Positions 34,982-45,386 of a stretch of DNA of 45,386 bases are shown one piece after another; position 1 is the stretch's first letter, and each line of letters opens with the position of its first letter. A program made the position numbers and the translations under genes. Source of the DNA: Nemertoderma westbladi (taxonomy: Eukaryota > Animalia > Xenacoelomorpha); the NCBI GenBank assembly GCA_032718475.1, contig JAUCBJ010003836.1, forward strand, positions 1 through 45,386, written 5' to 3'. The notes below the pieces were generated by a model, which was given only the letters and a program-made list of their open reading frames with translations, was not told where the DNA came from and ran no database searches.

Positions 34982-36251
34982 TAGTTATGGCTATTAGTAT
35001 TAGTTATGGCTATTAGTATTAGTTATGGCTATTAGTATTAGTTATGGCTATTAGTATTAGTTATGGCTATTAGTATTAGTTATGGCTATTAGTATTAGTT
35101 ATGGCTATTCCTATTAGTATTAGTTATGGCTATTAGTATTAGTTATGGCTAATAGTATTAGTTATGGCTATTAGTATTAGTTATGGCTATTAGTATTAGT
35201 TATGGCTATTAGTATTAGTTATGGCTATTAGTATTAGTTATGGCTATTAGTATTAGTTATGGCTATTAGTATTAGTTATGGCTATTAGTATTAGTTATGG
35301 CTATTAGTATTAGTTATGGCTATTAGTATTAGTTATGGCTATTAGTATTAGTTATGGCTATTAGTATTAGTTATGGCTATTAGTATTAGTTATGGCTATT
35401 AGTATTAGTTATGGCTATTAGTATTAGTTATGGCTATTAGTATTAGTTATGGCTATTAGTATATAAGTTATGGCTATTACTATTAGTATTAGTTATGGCT
35501 ATTAGTATTAGTTATGGCTATTAGTATTAGTTATGGCTATTAGTATTAGTTATGGCTATTAGTATTAGTTATGGCTATTAGTATTAGTTATGGCTATTAG
35601 TATTAGTTATGGCTATTAGTATTAGTTATGGCTATTAGTATTAGTTATGGCTATTAGTATTAGTTATGGCTATTAGTATTAGTTATGGCTATTAGTATTA
35701 GTTATGGCTATTAGTAATAGTTATGGCTATTACTATTAGTATTAGTTATGGCTATTAGTATTAGTTATGGCTATTAGTATTAGTTATGGCTATTAGTAAT
35801 AGTTATGGCTATTACTATTAGTATTAGTTATGGCTATTAGTATTAGTTATGGCTATTAGTATTAGTTATGGCTATTAGTAATAGTTATGGCTATTACTAT
35901 TAGTATTAGTTATGGCTATTAGTATTAGTTATGGCTATTAGTATTAGTTATAGGCTATTAGTATTAGTTATGGCTATTAGTATTAGTTATGGCTATTAGT
36001 ATTAGTTATGGCTACTTAGTATTAGTTATGGCTATTAGTATTAGTTATGGCTAATAGTATTAGTTATGGCTATTAGTATTAGTTATTGCTAATAGTATTA
36101 GTTATGGCTATTAGTATTAGTTATGGCTATTAGTATTAGTTATGGCTATTAGTATTAGTTATGGCTATTAGTATTAGTTATGGCTATTAGTATTAGTTAT
36201 GGCTATTAGTATTAGTTATGGCTATTAGTATTAGTTATGGCTATTAGTATT
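34982..36251. repeat. 19-bp minisatellite, ~65 copies
   Basis: (tagttatggctattagtat)n with occasional 6-bp insertions. Confidence 0.95.
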
Positions 36252-36365
36252 ATGCATTATGTTTGATTTTTCCTGTTGTGAGTTTCCTGTGTGACTCCAA
36301 TTGAATTGCGCGTTCAAACTATAAAATGTAAGAGGTATTAATAATTGTTGCAACGCGGAACTTAC

Positions 36366-36567
36366 GGACACACAGCTGAGGCGGCAGACCCAAGCAGAAC
36401 ATATATTGTACCGGTAGAAGGAAGGCCAAGAAACCGATGTAGCCCAGCCAGACCTTGGCGAGAGTGTTCCTATCAAGTATGATAAGGAAGCCAAGGACGA
36501 CGCAGTAGATGATGGAATATAGATCCAATCGGATACAAATAGTGATCATAGAGCATACAAAGCACAT
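36366..36567 (-). CDS. PIEZO: Piezo exon
   Basis: tttacattag|ATGTGC...GTCC|gtaagt; MCFVCSMITICIRLD...LAKVWLGY...QYMFCLGLPPQLCV. Confidence 0.96.
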
Positions 36568-36771
36568 CTAATGTAAACGAAGATACATTAATGCAATGTA
36601 GATTACAGAAAAAACATTACAGACTTTATTATAAAACATTAGCATGGCCTAACCATGTAAAGTTGACGTTGTTTTGAAATGAATTAAGTTAAATAGCAAT
36701 TAGTAAATAGTCGCACAAATTACGAAAAAATACTAAGAATCGGTAGATTTAATTTCTGGTGAAACCCTCAC

Positions 36772-36972
36772 CTCAACTCCGAACTTGTAGAAACCGTAAT
36801 TACCCAGGAACATAAGAAAGTGTCGGATGCTTTTATCAGCGTGTTTTCTTTCGATTCCGGGGAATAGAATTCCCCGTGGTGGGGTTTTCTCTCCCCGTTC
36901 CCACCGGAAAACCTTCTGGTGACGCTTCACTAATTCCTCGAGTACCAACACCAGAATTATGGCGAGATAACC
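36772..36972 (-). CDS. PIEZO: Piezo exon
   Basis: ttttatcacag|GGTTAT...GTTGAG|gtgagg; GYLAIILVLVLEELVKRHQ...FLGNYGFYKFGVE. Confidence 0.96.
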
Positions 36973-37784
36973 CTGTGATAAAAATACGAACAGTAGAAAG
37001 ATACAGATAAGGACGATATAACTCCTAATGTGAATGTAAATCAGAATGTTTATTCGGAGTAGTCATCTACCCTTCTATACATCAAGTCGTCCTGTAGTAA
37101 AACTGTATTAGTTCGCTCCATGTAGACATAAGTTAGTATTATATAAAGATGTTAAGTGCTACAGGACCGTCGCTAAGATCTGCGGGGACTCCCCCAAAAG
37201 AAACCGCAGACCCCCCCCCCCCCCCCCCCCCCCTTATTCTTAAAATTGTTTATAAAACATTATACATTGCAAGGTACTTAGTACCATGCGTGAGGCTACT
37301 TCGAGTTTTACATGTAAGTCCAAACATCTGATGTTTAAAAATCAATAATATTAGATAATTATTTTGCAATTATATTGGAAAAAGGTTGTAAAAGTGTAAA
37401 AGGTTTTGCGTCTTTCAAGCTCATTAGGACATGACCCTAATGATTTACATAGTCTAATGTTGTAATAGGCGTCAGACATAGATCTGTTTGATATCTAGAG
37501 CACGACACACCGAAAGTAAACGTTAATGCATTCCCTGTAAGCCTGTATTATTGCAAGAATTATATTGCAAGAATCAACCGACTGAGACCCTGAGGCCCCT
37601 GAGACCAAATTGTATACTGCCAATATTTATGAGACTCCCTTTGGGGGTCTCAGGAATTCTTACCCCGCGAGTATTCTTAGCCCGCAAAACAATAACGTTT
37701 ATTGTTTTGCTTCCCCCAATACGCCTCTGAAAACTGCTCTTTTACTAACCTGCTCCTTTAATATTGGTAAGGATAGTCACGGGC

Positions 37785-38417
37785 TAAGGATACTCACGGG
37801 CTAAGGATACTCGCGGGCTAAGGATACTCGCGGGCCAAGGATAGTCGCGGGCTAAGAATACTCACGGGCTAAGGATACTCGCTGGCTAAGAATACTCGCG
37901 GGCTAAGGATACTCGCGGGCTAAGGATACTCGCGGTCGCGGGCTAAGAATACTCGCGGGCTAAGGATACTCGCGGGCTAAGGATACTCGCGGTCGCGGGC
38001 TAAGAATACTCGCGGGCTAAGGATACTCGCGGTCTAAGGATACTCGCGGTCGCGGGCTAAGAATACTCGCGGGCTAAGGATTCTCGCGGGCTAACGATAC
38101 TCGGGGGCTAAGGATACTCGCGGTCGCGGGCTAAGAATACTCGCGGGCTAAGGATACTCGCGGGCTAAGGATACTCGCGGTCGCGGGCTAAGAATACTCG
38201 CGGGCTAAGGATACTCGCGGGCTAAGGATACTCGCGGTCGCGGGCTAAGAATACTCGCGGGCTAAGGATACTCGCGGGCTAAGGATACTCGCGGGCTAAG
38301 GATACTCGCGGGCTAAGGATACTCGCGGTCGCGGGCTAAGAATACTCGCGGGTTAAGGATACTCGGGGGCTAAGGATACTCGCGGTCGCGGGCTAAGAAT
38401 ACTCGCGGGTTAAGGAT
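37785..38417. repeat. 17-bp tandem repeat with higher-order 17/17/23 pattern; resumes at 41268-41310
   Basis: (ggctaaggatactcgcg)n with periodic gtcgcg insertion followed by the aagaat variant. Confidence 0.9.
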
Positions 38418-38942
38418 TAGGGTGGAGTGAAAAAAACTTTTTTCTTTATTTTTAAGGGAAGCACTATTTTTCTGATGCCAAATCGGTCTAAACTCACTTT
38501 GCAAAAAAAAAATTTTGATTTCGAAAAATTCTAAGCGGGCCTCATGACACTTGAAAATTTCAAATTTTTGGGAAGGCAATGCCAGTTTTGAAAATTCCAG
38601 ATATTTTGTATTTTTGATAAAAATTAAAGAAGATGCAAAGATATAATGTCAAATAGGTTGGAAACAAACACAAAATGTGAAATTGTGATTTTCATATAAA
38701 TCTACCCCAGCCTCATGGACTTTAAAATTTTGCCAAATTTCACACAACAAATATACACATACAAATATACAGCAAACCTACTTCATAGCCTCTATAGTTG
38801 AAATCGATTTACTGGGGTTTGGAGTTCTTGCTGAGTAAAAACCATTTGCCTTTGTATCAAATTCCCAATAAGTATATTATAAACAGTAGGTATAGAAAGA
38901 AGGATATTTATAAATTAGGAAAACACTAGTAAAACAGTAAAA

Positions 38943-39174
38943 AAAAAGCAAACAGTCGGCCGAAGCCGGAGGCGACTCGAAGGCTCCTCTTTCGATAGCT
39001 GCTACCCGAGGGTAGGGGTGGGCGCTACTCCTATCCCAAGATTTGTTCCCAGTTATTTAACTGGTACTCATTTTATCGACCCCAGTGGATGAAAGGCTGA
39101 GTGGACCCTGGCGGGGCTGAACCTACAACCATTAGATTGCAGGCCCGGCGCTCAACCAACAGAGCTACCCCGCC
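38943..39174 (-). mobile_element. tRNA-derived SINE (family A)
   Basis: Head ggcggggtagctctgttggttgagcg...ggttcagccc (A/B boxes), core cagcctttcatcc...gtcgataaaatgagtacc; TSD tagtaaaacagtaaaa; absent from the opposite TIR arm. Confidence 0.85.
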
Positions 39175-39412
39175 TAGTAAAACAGTAAAACACTAGAAAA
39201 ACATATGAAAAACACTGTAAAGCACCCGACAGTGACAATATTGATCAGCAGGAAATTTAATACATGTATTACACTGAATTTGTAATCTTAAATGTAATCC
39301 TCGCATAGCACACGTTAAGGAATCTTCCTAAAACATAGGGAAAACATTATAAACCCTCTGAGAAACAGTGCAAAAATTATCAGCATTAAATTTTAACTAT
39401 ATGTTGCTATAA

Positions 39413-39645
39413 GGCGGGGTAGCTCAGTTGGCTGAGCACCAAGCCTGCAATTGATTTGTTGTAGGTTCAGCCCCACCAGGGTCCACTCAACTGCCTTTCG
39501 TCCACTGGGGTCGATAAAACGAGTACCAGTTAAATAGCAAATCGTGGCAGCAAATCTTGGGATAGGATTAGCGCCAACCCCTACCCTCTGGTAGCAGCTA
39601 TCGAAAGAGGAGCCTTCGGGTCGGGTCGCCTCGACGTTTTGCCTG
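39413..39645 (+). mobile_element. tRNA-derived SINE (family A, second copy)
   Basis: ggcggggtagctcagttggctgagc...gtcgataaaacgagtacc...gtagcagctatcgaaagaggagccttcg; inverted relative to 38943-39174. Confidence 0.85.
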
Positions 39646-40027
39646 GTATGCTGCAAATAATACTCAGCCAGTAGTACCAGTGTTGCTGTATTCTGGTATT
39701 AAATAGTGTACTTGTATTCCAGTATTGTTGTTAGTGTTAGATCATTTCATTTGCCAAAATGTTGACATTTGAAGTGTAGAAGTTGCGGTATTTAGTATTA
39801 AGGATACCATTGGTACCATAAAACCGAACTGACTTGAAAATCATGGGTGATGTGTTCTAGATCTTGCATCCGCGCTGCTAGCATGCCACTTCACTACAGT
39901 ATCTCTGTAAGCAGGACCTAAATGTGGCCCTCTTGCTGTCTTAATATTAAATACTACAACATCTGCACTTTAACTGTTCAACATTTAGCTGATGACAAGA
40001 TCCAACCCAAACAATAATTGAATATTG

Positions 40028-40281
40028 AATGGGAGAATCTTTTAGGCTCGTTAAGCCAAGGAATGCCTGTTCACCACCATGGGTGATCTTCCACAGTAAA
40101 CCCTTCCACTCTGTTTCCCAAGTTGCCTTGGTTCCCATTTATCGACCACTGAAGGATGAAAGCCGGGGTTGGGCTAGGCTGCAGCATTTAAAGCACTGTG
40201 CCCAAACAGTGCTGCCCCATCTGGGGATCGAACTAGGGCTCCCTAATCGGAAGCCCAGTAATGTCACCACTTGACCAAGCC
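40028..40281 (-). mobile_element. tRNA-derived SINE (family B)
   Basis: Head ggcttggtcaagtgg...gttcgatcc, core gctttcatccttcagtggtcgataaatg; 12-bp TSD aattgaatattg (40016-40027, 40282-40293). Confidence 0.8.
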
Positions 40282-41591
40282 AATTGAATATTGGAATACA
40301 CTAATACCAGAATCCACTATTACTGTGCCTCTACCGGCTGAAACAGGATAGCTGCTGAAATGCATGCTGATTGGTTACTCTTCCTTGGTTGCCTGGCAAT
40401 AATGGATTCTGTGTAGTATTAGACTCTATCAACTTATTTTTTAGCAGCATATTAGGTAAAATTTAATGCTATTTAATGTTATACTAATATTATAATAATC
40501 ACTGTTTTCTTGAACAGTTTATAGTGTTTCCGTAAGTTTTATGGTGATTACTTAATGGTGTGCTGTGAGAGGAGTACATTTAGGATTACCAATTCAGTGT
40601 AGTACATGTGCTAAATTTCCTGCTGATCAATATTGCCACTGTTTTCCGGGTGCTTTACAGTGTTTTTCATCTGTTTTTCTAGTGCTTTACTGTTTTACTA
40701 GTGTTTTCCTAATTTAGAATTATCCTTCTTCCTATACCTAACTGTTGTTTATAATATACTTATTGGGAATTTGATCCAAAGGTAAATTCACAGCCAGCAA
40801 GGTGGGTTTCTAGTATTGAAATATAGTTCTAATCAAATCAGGGGGCTTGGTTTTCACTCAGGAAGAACTCCAAACCACAGTAAATCGATTTCCACTATAG
40901 AGACTACGAAGAAGGTTTGCTGTATTTTAAGGGTGAAATTTGGCAAATTTTGCAAAATTTTAAAGGCCATGCGGCTGGGGTAGATTTATATGAATATCAC
41001 AATTTCACATTTTGTGTTTGTTTCCAACCTATTTGACATTAAATATATGCATCTTCCTTAACTTTTATCAAAAATACAAAATATCTGGGATTTTCAAAAC
41101 TGGCATTGCCTTCTCAAAAATTTGAAATTTTCAAGTGTCGTGAGGCCCGCTTAGAATTTTTCGAAATGAAAAATTTTTTTTTGCAAAGTTAGTTTAGACC
41201 GATTTGGCATCAGAAAAATAGTGCTTCCCTTAAAAATAAAGAAAAAAAATTTTTTCACTCCACCCTATTAAGGATACTCGGGGGCTAAGGATACGCACGG
41301 GCTAAGAATTCACCCATCCCCTTTGGGTTATACGCCGCGCAAGTTTGATTTATATTTTGATATCACTGGCTAAATTTGAATGAAAGTTTTGAAGTTGTAC
41401 AAATTGGTTGTTAGTAAAATTCTGGACTGGAAGTATCCGTGATCCAATGCCAATAAAAGCGCGAACAAATGCTAATATCGGAATACATGTTAATGCCAAA
41501 ATAATTAACTATTGTTAAAAAGTTAAGCTCTTTTAATCCCTTAAATAAACTTCAATGCCAATATATATTTTTCTACAGGTGAGAACGTAAC

Positions 41592-41702
41592 CTGGATCAA
41601 TGGATGATAGAGTCTAGCAATCATGTCTGATCCATAATATGCCCAACTTAACTTATTATCCCAACTAAAGTAACAATGATGTGCATTGATTGAATAATAC
41701 GA
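41592..41702 (-). CDS. PIEZO: Possible upstream Piezo exon
   Basis: cttcttag|...ATCCAG|gttacg ends in phase 0, compatible with exon 36972; ...SWAYYG...LYHPLIQ loosely resembles Piezo NWFG...LGYIQ. Weak donor; alternative acceptor at 41664. Confidence 0.35.
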
Positions 41703-42044
41703 CTAAGAAGACTATTACCGTCACAATGAATGCGCGAAAATGTATTAATTTGTATCATGAAAGCAAACATGACGTTACTCAAACACCATAGAAAGTTGGA
41801 CTTGACACAAACAGGACGTTTCGCAAACGGGTCAATTTTCGCCTGAAGTGTTGATAACTTTATGTTGATAACTTATGAGTTCATGTTTAATATCAGTTCA
41901 TAATTGGAGCAAAACATATTCATCATCAAAATTATGTTGTGTGGTGGTTATAGCAGGGCATGTGGGGCTGTGAATTTTTCATGGCTGGGCTGGTCATGAA
42001 AGGATTCCATATATGATTAGAATTTGGTTGTGATATAGCTAAGA

Positions 42045-45023
42045 ACCCTCCAGGAGAAATACCGGCTCGGTCGTCGCCCGGGTCAACAAGGACCTCGTCC
42101 CTCAGTGGTACACCAGGCTGGGGTAGATAAATCGGCTACTGGAACAGAAGACAGAGAAGAAAGAAGAACCAACCTGTAGAAATGTAAAAAGACACTAAAG
42201 TTTGCTACAATGAACGCACGCACGCTGAAAGCACAGAGCAAACAGGGTGACATGGTCGCTCTGGCAATGGAATATAACATCGACATCATCTGCATCCAAG
42301 AAGATCGGATTTGTCATGAAGACACTGCCATGAAGTACAATGACATTGGAAATGGATGGACGTTAGTAACAAGCTCAGCAGTAAGAAACTCGGCCAATGC
42401 ATCAATTGGTGGAGTAGGAATTCTGCTAAGCCCATTTGCACTTAAGACCCTAAACAACATCGAATCTATAAATTCCAGGGTTATGATCGCAACATTTGAT
42501 GGGAATCCCACCAAAACAGTGTTGCTACAGTCCAACCAATGCCTCATAGCCAGAACAAGCAGTCAAGTTTTATGAAGATCTGACTGGACTTATAAAGGAC
42601 ATTCCGAAACACAATCATAAAGTCATTGCTGGTGACCTGAATGCGCAAATTGGCTATAGTTGGCTATAACACCAGTTCTAACAGAAATGGGTACTTACTT
42701 TTAGACCTAATGGAAGAATGTGAATTGATACCAACAAACACCACATTCGAAAAGAGTAAGGGGAAGCTATGGACCTTTCAATACCCTAATGGAACCAAAG
42801 CACAACTGGATTACTTCCTTTAAAACAAAAAGTGGAGAAACAGCATGATCAACTGCGAGGCATACAGCTCGTTCAACCTAATTGGTTCGGACCACAGAAT
42901 TGTGACTGCAGAGATCAGACACAGTTTGAGAGCCAGCAAACCCAGGACAAGGAAGCACATCAACTACGACTGGGAGAAACTGACAATGCAGTAAAGGATG
43001 CTTACACAGTAGAAATTCAAAACCGCTTTGAAGCACTTCAGTCAATGGATAAGACCAGTCCACCGATTCAATATACCAGAATATAATAAAAGCCCACAAG
43101 GAATCAGCTAAGAGGCATATCCCCCAGAAACCCAAACGAAAACAGTATGTGCCATGGCAAAACTCTGAGGTTACTTGTAAGAGAGAAGATCTTAAGATAG
43201 ACTACAAAGTAAAAACCGAACAACCAACAACCGAAAACATTAACAAGATTGAGAAAGCTAAGGACGATCTTAAATTGGCCTACAACATCAGCCAGGAAAA
43301 GTACATACAGGATAAAATTGAAGCAATTACAACTGCTCACATACAGCAACAATCAAGACTTTCCTGGCAAACTGTAAATGAGGTATCTGGTCGGAAAAGT
43401 AGTGCAAAGGGGCGCCTCAAAGCCGATAGTCCCGAAGAACGTGTTGGGAAGTGGGAAAATCACTTCAGCAACTTGCTTGGGCAACCACCAAACATCGAGG
43501 TCAGCCCTACAAGGAAAATATATGACAAGACACTACCTATAGAAACAGGGGACTTCACACCTGCCGAACTCCAAAGAAGCATTAAAAGCATGTCCAATAA
43601 TAAAGCGAGTGGATTAGATGAAATCCCAGCGGAGGTATGGAAAACAGAAGTGCTAAACAGACCATTATTGAATGTTTGCAACCGGATGTTAAAAGGGGAA
43701 AAGCCACCACCAATTTGGACTAGAGGTCAACTAAAGCCTCTCCCCAAGAAAGGAGACCTCGGTATACCAACAAACTATCGTGGGATCTGTCTGCTTGTGG
43801 TAACTGCCAAAATATACAATAAAATGATTCTATATAGGATTAGGCCTCACATAGAGAAACTACTGCGTAAGAGCCAAAACGGATTTCGACCAAATAGATC
43901 AACAATAGCTCAGATACTCGCACTACGGAGACTGATTGAAGGAATTAAGTCAAAGAATCTCCCCGCAATCATGACTTTTGTGGACTTCAAGAAGGCATTC
44001 GACTCCATCCATAGAGGTAAAATGCTTGAAATCCTAAGAGTTTATGGAATACAGAAGCACAAGTACTCTCACCAGGGATGGTGATACTGAGTTTTTCTCA
44101 ATCCTGGCTGGCGTACTCCAAGGTGACACATTGGCGCCATTACTATTTGTAATTGTACTGCATTACGCAATGAGGACGGCCACAAAGGGTGAAGATCTGG
44201 GATTCACACTTCAAGAACGCAGAAGTAGTAGATATCTGGCAACTACAGTCACAGACACGGACTTTGCGGATGACATCGCCCTGCTCTCTAATTCTAATAC
44301 GCTAGCAGATGCACAGCTTCTACTAAATAAAGTGGAGAGGGCTGCTAAGGAGGTTGGATTGCATATAAATGCTACCAAGACCGAATTCATGACTTTTAAT
44401 GTTGATGGAAACTTCGACAACCATTGATAATAATCAACTAAGGAAGGTCGACGACTTCCAGTACCTCGGATTATGGATAGAGAGTAGCAAAAGGGACATA
44501 GAAGTTAGGAAAGCAAAGGCTTGGGTAGCTCTATCAAAAATGGATACCATCTGGAAATCAGATCTCTCCATGCACCTGAAGACTAAGTTCTTTCGAGCCA
44601 CAGTGGAAAGTGTATTTTTATACGGGGGTGAGACCTGGACACTGACTAAATCACTTGAACAACGAATTGATGGTTGCTACACAAGACTACTAAGGGCAGC
44701 CCTAAACATCAGCTGGAGACAACACATGACAAACGCCGAGCTTTATGGTACAATACCCACCTGTATCAATCACCCTCCGTGAACGCAGATTAAGATTCAG
44801 TGGGCACTGCTGGCGAAGTAAAGACGAGGTCATACCAGATCTACTTCTCTGGCAACCAACTCATGGAAAGCGTAGTCGTGGACGACCTGCCATAACATAT
44901 ATAGATCAACTTGAAAGGGATACTGAACTTGGGAGAAACGAAATTGCGACAACTATGGAGAATCGGGAAGCCTGGAAGGATCTCATTTCCACTGTCCGAG
45001 TTCGCTCGACCTAGTAGTAGTAG
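42045..45023 (+). mobile_element. Near-full-length RTE-clade LINE, frameshifted (APE + RT)
   Basis: ATMNARTL...IICIQE, GDLNA, QLDYFL, KASGLDEIP, NYRGICL, QNGFRPNRST, DFKKAFDS, GVLQGDTLAP, FADD, FQYLG, LRFSGHCWR; (TAG)n tail; possible TSD tatagct(a/g)aga at 42034-42044 / 45024-45034. Confidence 0.93.
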
Positions 45024-45135
45024 TATAGCTGAGATATGGACAGGACATTTCGAATGTTGCATGGTTTTGCTATTTTATTCTATTAAATAAATACTAAATA
45101 CACCATATTATCATATCAAAGCTATTCAAAATATA

Positions 45136-45371
45136 ATGTTCCAGAATATGGTATATTTATTAAATAGAATGCCCGTATCTCAGCTATTTTACAATGAAAT
45201 TCAAATTGTGTTACATATTTGGTATCCTTGCATGGCCAGTTTTCTAACAGTTAACACTACCAACGAAACAATATAAGATTCAAGAATACCTGCGGTGGAA
45301 CTGGTGCAATATACACGGAGATACGTTTTTGAAAAATCCAGACTCACCCAGTGAGGAAGGAGGTGAAACTA
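45136..45371 (+). mobile_element. Diverged copy of the repeat at 4414-4675
   Basis: Shared atgttccagaatatggta, tttattaaatagaat, caatataagatt.aagaata, actggtgcaata, gtgagga...ggtgaaact. Confidence 0.7.
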
Positions 45372-45386
45372 TCACTGTAAAAAAAG

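Larger units (their letters stand above)
6942..36972 (-). other. PIEZO: PIEZO mechanosensitive channel gene, internal portion (both ends outside the identified region)
   Basis: Phase-compatible GT-AG exons give FLGNYGFYKFGVE|MCF...QYMFCLGLPPQLCV|QYPW...WMYLPDY...NPVPDY...TRISIFCAGY...CWFVQ...WDGICF..LMQRRIF...ASR|GAML...|DFLYFDTDEED, collinear with known Piezo motifs (FYKFGLE, CLGMPP, YPW, WLYLPDF, NPVPNF, TRISIF, WDSVCF, LQRRVF, ASRG, GDYFLFESD). Confidence 0.96.
38418..41267. mobile_element. hAT-like non-autonomous element with very long inverted arms
   Basis: Termini TAGGGTGGAGTG...CACTCCACCCTA; 8-bp TSD ttaaggat (38410-38417, 41268-41275); 38418-~39410 is the reverse complement of ~40440-41267. 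Confidence 0.88.
37646..41319. mobile_element. Non-autonomous DNA element with tandem-repeat TIRs (MULE/foldback-like)
   Basis: Direct repeat (c)cctttggg on both sides (37638-37645, 41320-41327). Left end gaattcttaccccgcgagtattcttagccc is inverted relative to the 17-bp array ending gggctaagaattc. Confidence 0.65.

Noticed and set aside
3157-37233. Poly-C/poly-G tracts (3157, 4726, 7763, 30965, 31785, 37211) as a dedicated signal
   Set aside because: Most lie inside repeat elements, and homopolymer length is unreliable in assemblies.
38943-40281. tRNA genes
   Set aside because: The tRNA-like heads run on into SINE cores and tails with TSDs, and the acceptor stems are incomplete.
22593-44420. 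Short ORFs antisense or out of frame to the LINEs and the transporter (e.g. 22593-22931, 26222-26638, 28445-28690, 43460-43681)
   Set aside because: Shadow ORFs overlapping recognised coding sequence, with no independent motifs.

Overview
AT-rich animal (probably marine invertebrate) genomic DNA. The backbone is the middle part of a PIEZO mechanosensitive-channel gene on the minus strand. At least 11 well-supported GT-AG exons lie between 36972 and 6942 and splice in frame through the last blade transmembrane units, the beam and the latch; most are missing from the ORF track. Two intronless genes sit antisense to it: an SLC46-like MFS transporter inside a Piezo intron, and an Ig-FN3-TM receptor that is probably intronic. 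The introns carry many mobile elements: L1/Tx1, RTE and another LINE, tRNA-derived SINEs, MITEs, a Helentron-type element, a three-level nested transposon, and a perfect 332-bp hairpin insertion with Penelope-type hammerhead motifs. The most striking feature is that two tandem arrays are amplified copies of a Piezo exon 3' end plus its 5' splice site: a 33-bp unit about 260 times (8.6 kb) and a 47-52-bp unit about 27 times. They occupy two consecutive introns around the beam exon, and each has an in-frame stop right after the first donor. The long repetitive plus-strand ORFs are by-products of this array. All family assignments rest on recalled motifs, not database searches.
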